This document shows positions 21,927 through 32,178 of a DNA stretch of 64,000 nucleotides, in pieces (position 1 is the stretch's first letter; each line of letters begins with the position of its first letter). The translations under genes and the position numbers were made by a program. A model generated the notes under the pieces. It was not told where the DNA came from. It did no database searches and saw only the letters and a program-made list of their open reading frames with translations. Location: contig NW_024704749.1 in the NCBI RefSeq assembly GCF_018977255.1, positions 21,514,001 through 21,578,000 on the forward strand, read 5' to 3'. The DNA is from Callorhinchus milii (taxonomy: Eukaryota).

Positions 21927-24900
21927 CTCTTTTGCTGAAAGGGTTCTGTCTTATTCTATAGTTTCTAATTTCTCTCTTGCTCAAGAATTCCCACTCTCAC
22001 CAAATTCCTGCACAGAACTCCCACTCTGTTACCTCCTCACGCTGCTGGGCTCTCTGCTCTAATGGCATGAAGTGGCGGATTGTTTACGTCCCTTTGAGCT
22101 GTCATTGAAGCGAGAGTCTTTTATTGCAAAAAGCACAATTTTAAAACAGAAATGTCAGCTGACCCATGTCTGCATTCAAACTTTTTTTAATAAAGTACCA
22201 ATAAGTAACAGTGGCATTTCATTTAAAAATATTTTTTTCTGCATCTTCTTTCTCAAAAATCATTTCTCTATATACAGGAACCAGTATTAAAGTTATTTTT
22301 CCTAAACAAAAATCTGCAATATTCTCGTACATAAAGGAAAGACTATAACACTCTGCCAGATAGGGTCCCCTCATTTAGGGATTACATAATCAATGTGCAT
22401 AGTGGAGAAAACTGTATTTTAACTTCTGCCAATTGATGGTGGGAGATCCTACTTTGTCTCAAAAAATGACAACAGCTTTGATTTGCCAGTCTGACTTGGC
22501 TCCTGGATTCATTCCTGGAGGGTTTTGTACTTTACTATGAAAAGATCCACCTTGCGTGTGTACACCGAACAGTTATGACTTTTCAGTTCAAGTGCCAGTT
22601 ACATCGCAAGTTCTTAAAAGGCAATCCAACAAAGCAACCACCATGCCAAAGATTGTCAAAACCTCAACAAGACATTGCAGGTGACTCGAGCAACAGTAGT
22701 TACTTGGAAGGACCAGTATATCTGCTACAACAGGGCATTGCTATTGCAAGTACAGGCAGTGACAAACCCCAATTTTAAAGGACATTACAGAGCTCTTGCA
22801 CAGAAGACGTTTTCAGTTCCGTTTTCTAGCTGCCGGAGGCCGTGATGATTTTTTACACCGTTTCTTACTTGCTGCTGGGTGTGCTTTGTGGTCCTCATCT
22901 TCCTCATCTTCCTCATCTTCCAAATCACTGTCATCATTATCACTGTTAAAAATGTCACTTAACTGAAATACACGTTTCAGTGGCTTATGAACAGCAGCCT
23001 CTGTGCTGCAATCACTAGAATCTGTAGCTTTTTTTTTCAACTTCTCTTCATACTTTGGACGTATTTTATCATTAAGGAAGTCCACAATTTCTGTGAAAGA
23101 GAATAAAGTTCACAATAAATTGAGATAGGCTTTCAACCAACACATTTTTAATCTTTTTATCATTCAGCAAAACACTAAATCCAATTAATTAACATTTAGG
23201 CAGTACAAAAGCAAGGACGTGAATAAAGATTATAGATGGTCACATTGCCAGTGCATCTATTTTCACCACTCTACACTTTAACACGTGTAAAATCTCCATC
23301 TTCCATGGTTTTTAATTCATGCCATGTGTTAAATTCTAGTTCTGTGCCATTACTGACTGCAGCCTTTACCCGCTTGTGTGTCTACAGCACGCAATGGTAA
23401 GGCTAGCTGCTGTCTTGATATAACTGTTACCTGCCATGGAAGTGAAATGCAGTTACTGTGCTGATTTTCTTTCAGGAACTACTCTAACGCCTGTCCCTTG
23501 CAGTATAACTCGTCCATCATGGTTCATACTCTGCGAGCTACAATACTAACCTCCAAAGGTTTTCCTGTGCCAAGAGGGTACGTGGCGAGCTTTCAACTTG
23601 TAGAACATCGTTTGAACGAATTGAGGAGGCACGTTGCTAGGAAATAATATTGAATAAAACATGTTGTAAGTCATGAAGACACATTTATATTAAAATAAAT
23701 CCACTTCCTATGGGCTGGGGACAGGTGCGCTGCATTTGATCAGGAGTGAGAGATCTTGTTAAGCGTTTACTAGCGTGCAGGTGTCATGCTAATTGTATAT
23801 GCCACTGCTGGCTCTTGTCTTACAGCTGCAGTTACATCCAGTTGTCAATCGATTGGCGGATCGCTTTCCAGGGGTAATAATCTCTCAAAAAAATAATGTG
23901 GTCACTCAATCTACAACTATTTATGGGACACTGCTGTGCGCAATTTGCTGCTGCGTTTCGCCCACAAAATACACATTCAATCCACTTTACAATATATTCT
24001 GGGAAGTGCTTTGAGACGTCTCAATGACATGATAAAGCTCTATATCAAATGCAAGGATTATTATTATTTTGTCCCGTGAAGAGGATGATTTTTTCTTACC
24101 CAACAGCATCACACATCTGCTCCCAGTCCACTTCACTATCATCGTCCACATTCAGCATATATAGCCTGCAAAATACAACAGAGAGTTCTAATTTAGAGAG
24201 AGAAGGAAGTGATATAAAGAAACTTGCTGAAGAGCTTAGGAAGAATCTTCCGATAATCAGCAATTACTTTCTGTCGTGCTATAAAACATATTAGCAACAT
24301 TTTTATTGAGGCATAATTAGAAACAATTCAACCACATTAGAATGGCGAAAGGCCACAGCTATTATGTATGTCGGTTGTGCTGGCCTGCGCCTCCAAACCC
24401 ATGGCTTGAACCTTTCCAAAATATTTAGGTCTGAGACTCTGGGCTAATTATAAAATACAACTCCAAGTTCAACAACAACAATAAATTACATTTGTTTAGC
24501 GCCTTTCACGTCTAGAGGGAAAAACACAATTGCTATCAACTGTTACTGGTTACAAGGCTGTTTTCAAAGCACAACAAAGGGCAGGTGCAGTTCTTGTTCT
24601 AGGTTTGTGTTGAGTACAATATTAATTCAGCAATAAAAAAATACACCCTTAGACAACAATCTGTTCTATTGATGGATGCTTCACTATAAAACTGTTTGCA
24701 TTTTCCCTCTCAGAAAGATTTCAATTTAACTTTACCTTTTAATAAGGTTGATCTTGCACGGGTAGGTTTTTCGCCCTCGACCAGACACCGACCCTTTGGA
24801 CATTTTGATACTCAAAATCTGCATCCTGCCGAATAGTATAAAGACAAGTTAAAATCCTTGCATTTCCCTTCATAGAAATTGAACTATTTGTTTGAAACAT

Positions 24901-27900
24901 TTCACAAGTGTGGGCAAAAAAAATAAATGGTGGAAAGTTATCACAACAACAACAAATTACACTTGTATAGCTCCCTTCGCGTTGGAAAGACGTCCCAGGG
25001 CGCTGACAGTCAGGGAGTTTTGGACCCGATCTGGAAGCTGGGGTCAGGAGGGGTGGAGGGCAAAAGCTTGATTTTAGCTGGATCATTTAATGATGCAGAT
25101 GGACAATGACAGGGATATTGCAGTCTGGAGTGAGAAGATAGAAGGAAATTTGACTCTACTGTCAGTCATTGTTAAATATTCTCAATCGGTTCCCAGGCTG
25201 AGGCTGTGGAGAGGTTTCTACTCCAACTAATAGTCCAGGATGAACAGCCCAAAGCTCTCAGTGCGACAACTGTGGACATTGTAACCGGGGGTGGCTCTGC
25301 ATCCCAGCATTAGCTGCAGCCTACCAAAAATATTCCGATGGGACATAATAATATTCCTTGCATTTGATATAGCGCCTTATTACGTCATTGAGACATCTCA
25401 AAGCACTTCACAGAATATACTGTAAAGTGAACTGACTGTATATTTTGTGGACAAAAGGCATGGTTATGTTCAGAGGTTGAACAGGTCCAATGTCACTGTA
25501 TGCTCAGCAATGCTCCTCCTTCAGCAGTCTACCCTCCTAATAAAGGACTTAGTGATCAGGAATTCTCAAATTCAACTGGCATGTTGTTATTGTATGTAAT
25601 GCTTACAATCAGTTGAAGACTACACCTGTGATCACATGATAAGCTCACCATTTTTTTCTGCATTGTATCCAGTGTCTTTCCTCCATTAGGTTTGAAATTT
25701 CTAACCAAGGGAGTCCCTTGTACAGCTTTTCCCGAAGGATTGAACCAAGCTTGTCCTTAGTTGGTGCCTTGACCGCTAGACAGTTATCTTTTTCTACTCG
25801 CTTAGTAATGACCTTCTTCATTATTTTCATGAATTTCCTCTCCTCCTGCTTGCTCCACGGACCATTCTTCAAGGCTATTAGAAAAAAACAGTCAATGAAG
25901 TTTTGCTTTGACTGAAGTTATTGATCAACAGAAAATCCAAACATAGCAATGTTTTCATTTCTCTGCATTGTTGTATCATTCAATTCTTGTCATTTCTTCG
26001 TGTCGATCTGTGTATAAACTACACAATTTGATAGCCATTCACTTTGCATAAAAACGTGACTAGTTCTCAAAACATTAAATAACTTACAGAAATCTATCCA
26101 CATTTATTGCAATCTAAAATAAAAACAATTCATTTGAATACTTAGACCTACAGTCCTTCATTATTCTGGCTCGACACATCACTGATAGATCACTGCGCTC
26201 CAGACCACCGGCAATCTTTTGCCAGTGATTTCCATGCACAGCCATCAAGCGTTTAAATTTCTTCAGTTCTTCCTCTGTGTACCTGATAATAAAACACATT
26301 GGTTACTCATAGCAGACACATGGAACATATGCAGGTTTTGCTTCTATGTCTTTTGAAGTTGCAAAGGATAGCCCTTACTCAACTACTCAAATGATTAGTA
26401 ATCTAATATTCCAGGTCAAACTCACCTGCCTTTACATCGGTGGGGATCGTACAACTTCCTAGCTCGCTGGTAAACACTTTTCCATGGTCTTGCAATGCCC
26501 TCAGCTGGGGGAAAAAAGCTAATAATAAATGATTCCATAAACAATATTCATTTAACTTTGTCTTCAGGGAGATCCGATTTAATCTAAGACACAAAGTAGG
26601 TAAACTAAGTGATGTTACGTTCTTGTGGTTCAAAGGAGAAGTTGATGTGCAAAACAATGGCTTTTTTTAACATGAAGAAATAGACAATTCAAAGATTATC
26701 AAAACAAACTAATAATAATATTAGGGAAAATATGTTAATAAGTACATATAAATCACGTACCAAGCTTGACACAGAATAAGTGTTTGATTTTCAGCCGTTT
26801 TATTCTCAATAAATCCTCAAACGATTCAGGAGGTTGGAAAAATTCCCACTCATTTTCAATTCCAGTCACCAACATTAATTCCTTTAGGTTTGTCTGTATC
26901 TGCTCATTCTCTTCTTTAGTGTACCTTCCCTGTCGGATAGGAATCCCTACAAAGATATGTAGAGTGGAGTGAGAAACAAATTATATAGGGGGAAGGGAAT
27001 AAGAGAAGACTCAAGGGTCCAAAAACCAAGTCACCTATAACAACAACAACAAATTACATTTGCATAGTCGAGGGGATGTTCAATCTATATTGGACTGTGT
27101 TTGAGGTATTTTAGAGATATTTTAGAGATACAACATAAATTTAATAGACCTTTATTCTATAGTACAGAATAAAATACTTTGACAACTCATATGTGATATT
27201 TAGGAGTAATTAAAAAAGTCTAGAGTAAGTAAACATAAGGATTAGTCAGTCAGGCGGTTGTAGATAGCTAGAGTGGGAAAGAAAGGACGGAAAGAGACAT
27301 CATGACCTCAAAGTCTGGTGAGCGTCCTGACAAAAAGGCGGTAATCAATAATTTGGACAATAGGAACCTGCACAATAGTTGGGATAAAAATAACGGGGTA
27401 AGGAACCAGAAGCATTATTGGGATGGACACATGAGTGTCTAGATGTAAAATTATGATATCCGACAGGTCAAAGTCCAAATAAAGATAGGTAGGGGTACTC
27501 ACCAGGAAGGTAAGAACAATGGGGAAAAGACTTATAAAAAAACAGGAAAAAAGGATAGAGAAGTCAGTCCAGAGGGAGACTAAGAAGGTAGTCATCTTTG
27601 GGTAGCCTCCGTTTTGTGAATATAACCAGAGGACCCACGGAGAACTCCTGCAACCAACTGACCGCGTTTCTGGTAGTATATTCTTATCATTGGTTATATT
27701 GGTCCTATAATATCTATATATGTATTACTTATAATTATTGAGACATTTAAAATATCTGTATGCATATAAATAAATATATAAATATATAAATAAATATATA
27801 TAAATAATATAGGGACAATGCTACTAATTTTGTTTGGGTGCGTTTTACTCCTAACAAATGACTAAGAATGTAATACTATTTAACTCCTCCTGGTGTCACT

Positions 27901-30227
27901 GACAGCACAGGAGCAGAAGCAACTCTAACTAAAAGCCAGGTTTGAAATCACCTCACATTTCCAGCGAAAGTTAGAATTACTGTTTTAAAATAGTTCTGGA
28001 CACTAGAAGCAAAATACAGGTGAGCTGTTGTTGGTATTGAGAATTTATTAATGCAATGATACAAGCCAAGGGAATGCCATGCTTATTCTGAGATCGATAG
28101 ACAGGGAAAGTAAAGCAGGATCCTAGAGAGAAAAGCAATGGCAAGGCCAGGTTCCAAACGCCACCAGGCATTTGGAAATCCCATAGTGTTCATTATTTTT
28201 AATGTCTGTCATCATATTACGCAGCCGAAAAATTTTCTGTTGTCTGACTGCAGGTTTATGACGACAATTTTCTATGCGATGTGGAATAAACAGCTGGTTT
28301 AGGACCTTCACAACAGCCGCTCTGTGCACACCAATGGTAGTCTATACATGTAATAACCCTGCTTGCTTGCTACACCCGTCTATAAGAGGTTATGTGCACA
28401 TTCATTCAGTTCATATTACAGAGAATGGTATAATAAAATAGTACAGCAAGGATTAGAATGTGTGTATGTAAAAGACAGGAAATGGGAAGCATGGGAAAGG
28501 TATTAGAAAGAAACAGCATATTGACGTCAATGACATCCTTTTTTTAATAAAAATGGTTTAAATTCTGCCCCAAGTAGCAAGCTTTTGTAAAGGTCAGGGT
28601 AGCTTGAAGGAGGCAGCGAGAAAGTTTTTTTGAACTGCAAGATTCACTCTTTCCTTATCAATGAGCTCAGAAACTCTGGTTTCAGTCTCAGACTTAATTC
28701 TGAGTCTGATTCATGTTATAAAGCAAATACTGGAAAATCAAGATCTTTGGTCTATTAAGCAGTTTAGTAGCTCAAGCGTCAGATTCAGCAAAATCGACAC
28801 TAAAAAAAGCAGATTTTCCAGTATTTGCTTTATAACACAATGCAATCTGTATAAGATGCTGATCTGTTCCCACAAACGATGATGGCAACAAGTGTGCCAA
28901 TGAAATATTACAGATTTTCAAAAAGCTTCAATTCCAATTAAAAGTGCACAACACAGGAACTTGCAATAATCCTCGACCACAAGATATACAGTCAATTCAC
29001 TTTACAGTATATTTTGAGAAGCGCTTTGAGACGTCTTGAAGACGTGATAAGGCGCTATATCAAATGCAAGGATGATTATTAGTCTTACCTTCCTCCTTCA
29101 ATGTTTTAAATCGTGGTAGGTCATACCTAAACATGGAGCGTATTGTATCATTTGACATCGTTCTCACACTGGGCATAAACTCCCTTAGCTGTTCAACCAT
29201 AGCCTTTATGCTCTGCTCCATTTTAAGCTCTGTCAAGTCTGGATCAATTTCTGCAAGTGTTTGCTCATAAGTAATACTTTTCTCTCCAACAGATTCTTTG
29301 TGCTTCTTCTTTTTCTTTTTCTTCTTCTTCTTCTTCTGATGATGATTTGAATCTGGCAAACCCTCTTTGGTGTGGATGTTATCCTCAGGTGTAGTGACCG
29401 GCTTGCTCTTGATGGGGGAACATTGCACAGTATCAGTCTCTTGCGAGTCCTTGTCTTCACCAGACTCCCGGAGTTTGATTGCCTTTCTCTTTTTCTTGTG
29501 CTTCTTTGTAGGACTCTCTAGAGTTTCTTGGCAAGCTGTGCTACTTAATTGTGGAGTGTCCTCGATCTCATTCTTTTCTTCAGTTAGTTTGTGCTTTTTT
29601 CGGTGTTTTTTTGAAGTTTTCCTGGGAGTTTCTGCACAGTTTGCACTCTCATCCTGCCAATTTTCTTCCACAGTAGTTTTCAACTCCAATTGTTCATGTC
29701 TTCGACGTTTCTTGGGAGATATTTGCAGTACTTCAGAACCGTCATCCTTGGCTTGAGGAGTTGCAGCTCCGTCCATTTGTTTTTTCCGTTTTTTCTTGCG
29801 TTTAATTATTGGAATTTCTCCACCTACTTCAGAGGACTCGGGGTTATCACTCCTCTCTGCATTGGTCAGTAACAAAGAGTCATCCCCTTGTCTGAAATGC
29901 TTCTCCTTTTTCTTTCTCTTCTTCTCCTTCTTTTTCTTCTTCTTCTCTTTTCGCATCTTTGAGTACCTCGGAAAATGACATCTCTTGCTTTACCTCGATG
30001 GGAATATTCACGGCAGCATCATTGTTTTCAGTGCAGCTGCTACTGTCTCTCACACGATGCTTTTTCTTCTTGTGTTGCTTCTCACCATTGCTTACTGATC
30101 TGGAAATCTCAGTCTCAATTGCACCGATCTGTAAACCGTCCCCTTTTACCACCGACCTGGAACAATGCTGTACTTCTGTGCTCTCATTTTCGACGATTGA
30201 TTGACGGCGTCGCTTTTTTCTTTTTTA
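21927..30227. repeat. Duplicated block X (8.3 kb), inverted copy at 34637-43174
   Basis: Paired identical ORFs on opposite strands (22813..23085/42010..42282; 24739..25086/40011..40358; 27977..28171/36678..36872); identity ends at ...cagcaaaagag. Confidence 0.97.
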
Positions 30228-30289
30228 GTGGCGGCGGTTTGAATCCGAACCGTTTGAACGAGAGAGCTGAGAGCCCGCGCGGGCGGCAT
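22813..30289 (-). CDS. TTF1: Transcription termination factor 1 (Pol I, Myb/Reb1-type), copy A. Exons: 29089-30289, 26761-26946, 26426-26504, 26152-26282, 25649-25874, 24736-24825, 24100-24165, 23551-23636, 22813-23090; homopolymer frameshifts near 30214-30226 and 29960
   Basis: Spliced product ...MFRYDLPRFKTLKEEG|IPIRQGRYTKEENEQI...|EGIARPWKSVYQRARKLYD|RYTEEELKKFKRLMAVHGNHWQKI|NGPWSKQEERK...REKLYKGLPW...RHWIQCRKKW|...INLIKR|LYMLNVDDDSEVDWEQ|NVPPQFVQTMFYKLKARHVPSWHRKTFG|EIVDFL...VFQLSDIF matches the vertebrate TTF1 Myb region. ATG at 30289 is inferred using copy B homopolymer lengths. Confidence 0.93.
23845..24068 (+). mobile_element. SINE 3' half in TTF1 intron (counterpart 41030-41250)
   Basis: cgattggcggatcgctttccagggg...caaatgcaaggattattatt. 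Confidence 0.85.
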
Positions 30290-30502
30290 CAGAGGGTCAG
30301 GGGCGTAGGAATGAGAGGAAATTCAAACTAAAAGCATTAGAGAATCGTGTGTGTTTGGAGTGGGGGTGGGTGGGGGGAGGTGTGTCTCTCACACGCAGCA
30401 GGTTTGCGGGGCTGTGTGGGGGTGGGGTGGGGGTGGGGAAAGATGGGGGAGTGGGATCAGTTGGCAGCTCTTTTCAAACACCCACCAGACACCATGGGCC
30501 GT

Positions 30503-30702
30503 GTAATAATAATAATAATAATAATAATCCTCGCATTTGATATAGCGCTTCTCACGTCGGGAGGACGTCCCAAAGCGCTTCACAGAACACACTGTAAAGT
30601 GAATTGACTGTATATTTGTGGGCGAACGCGGCAGCCAATTGCGCACAGCAATGTCCCACAAACAGTCGAAGATTGAAAATGACCAATTTATTATTGTTTT
30701 GG
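30503..30702 (-). mobile_element. Young SINE 3' half
   Basis: Near-perfect reverse complement of 30838-31035. Confidence 0.9.
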
Positions 30703-30711
30703 GTTTTGTGT

Positions 30712-31035
30712 GGAGTCCTGTAGCTTCAGTGGTTAGAGCACTCGCTTTGCAAGTGAGAGACCTGAGTTCAATTCCAGGCAGAGGGCGAAACCTTGGGCAA
30801 GTTTCCTTACTCCACACAGAGCCTAATAATAATCCCTCCAAAACAATAATAAATTGGTCATTTTCAATCTACGACTGTTTGTGGGACATTGCTGTGCGCA
30901 ATTGGCTGCCGCGTTCGCCCACAAATATACAGTCAATTCACTTTACAGTGTGTTCTGTGAAGCGCTTTGGGACGTCCTCCCGACGTGAAAAGCGCTATAT
31001 CAAATGCAAGGATTATTATTATTATTATTATTATT
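30712..31035 (+). mobile_element. tRNA-Ala-headed SINE, internally deleted young variant
   Basis: ggagtcctgtagcttcagtggttagagc (A box), ctttgcaag, gagttcaattcc (B box), Deu-like 3' body, (TTA)n tail. Confidence 0.92.
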
Positions 31036-31079
31036 TTGGAGGGATTATTATTATTAGGATGGCCTCCTTCTGTGCTGTC

Positions 31080-31275
31080 TGATCCTGAGAGACTCCTGTG
31101 CCGAGGGACAGCCGCGCCAACACTTGAGTGCGGTTAAGCCTCGGCTCACGGTTCAAGCGGGTCCGGTCTGCCTTTCTCTCTTCCTGCGATGGAAGTATCC
31201 CGGCCGTCGGGGGTTTCCGGTTGGGGGGAGCCAGCAGTGTTTTACGTTACTTGTCATAATAATCATCGTCCGCCG
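31080..31275 (-). promoter_or_regulatory. TTF1: CpG-rich TTF1 promoter and probable non-coding first exon (donor ACC|GTGAGC near 31149)
   Basis: CpG-rich patch with CCGGAAA and GGAAGT ETS-like motifs upstream of the first coding exon; candidate acceptor ctaatgcttttag near 30328. Confidence 0.55.
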
Positions 31276-31276
31276 T

Positions 31277-31602
31277 GGAGTCCTGGAGCTCGGTGGTTAG
31301 AGCGCTCGCTTTGCAAGCGAGAGGACCTGAGTTCAATTCCAGGCAGGTCAGGGCGAAACCTTGGGCAAGTTTCCTTACTCCACACAGAGCCTAATAATAA
31401 TCCCTCCAAAACAACAAAACAATAATAAATTGGTCATTTTCAATCCACGACTGTTTGTGGGACATTGCTGTGCTCAATTGGCTGCCGCGTTCGCCCACAA
31501 ATAGACAGTCAATTCGCTTTACAGTACATTCTGTGAAGCTCTTTGGGACGTCTAGAAGACGTGAAAAGCGCTATATCAAATGCAAGGATTATTATTATTA
31601 TT
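31277..31602 (+). mobile_element. tRNA-Ala-headed SINE, same deleted variant
   Basis: Shares the ctccacacagagcctaataataatccctccaaaac junction with the 30712 copy. Confidence 0.92.
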
Positions 31603-32023
31603 ATCGCCCTTGCATTTGAGGCAGGGCATTTATCACGTCTTCGAGATGCTCCGTGAGATGTACAGCGCCTTGGGACGTCCTCACGACATGAAAGGCGCTA
31701 TACAAATGTAATCTTGTTGTTGTACTGTAAAGTGAAGTGAACGTATGTTCTGTGGGTGAAACGCGGCAGCCAATTGTGCACAGCAGCGTCCCACACAAGC
31801 AGTCATGGATTGAGTGACCAAATTATTATTTTTATTTATTTGAAGGAATTATTACCCCCAGTAAAGCGATCCGCCATTCGACTAACATTGAGGTTACTAC
31901 TTAATGCTAGGTAAACAGAGACATGTGGAGTAAGGAGACTTGCCTAACGTTTCGCCCTGTCCAGGAATCAAACCCAAGTCCTCTCGCTTGCGAGGCGAGT
32001 GGTCTAAAAAAATGCTACAGGAT
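31600..32023 (-). mobile_element. Full-length SINE, tail-to-tail with the previous copy, carrying an extra tail insertion
   Basis: Reverse complement of head, body and tail motifs. Confidence 0.85.
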
Positions 32024-32178
32024 TGTGGAGATATGACAGCATCTGCAGAGTGAAGAGATTTTGCTGTATATTATGTTTTTCTACAATTTTCTGACTGTGC
32101 AATGATATTGTTTTTCATGTTTGAGAAGAGGAAGATGAAGTCTAAGGGAGACAGTTCTCTGGTTCCAGTTTCGGCGCA

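Noticed and set aside
27308-27595. 95-aa hydrophobic ORF present in both duplicates
   Set aside because: Lies in an LTR-like intronic element; presence in both copies reflects the duplication, not conservation.
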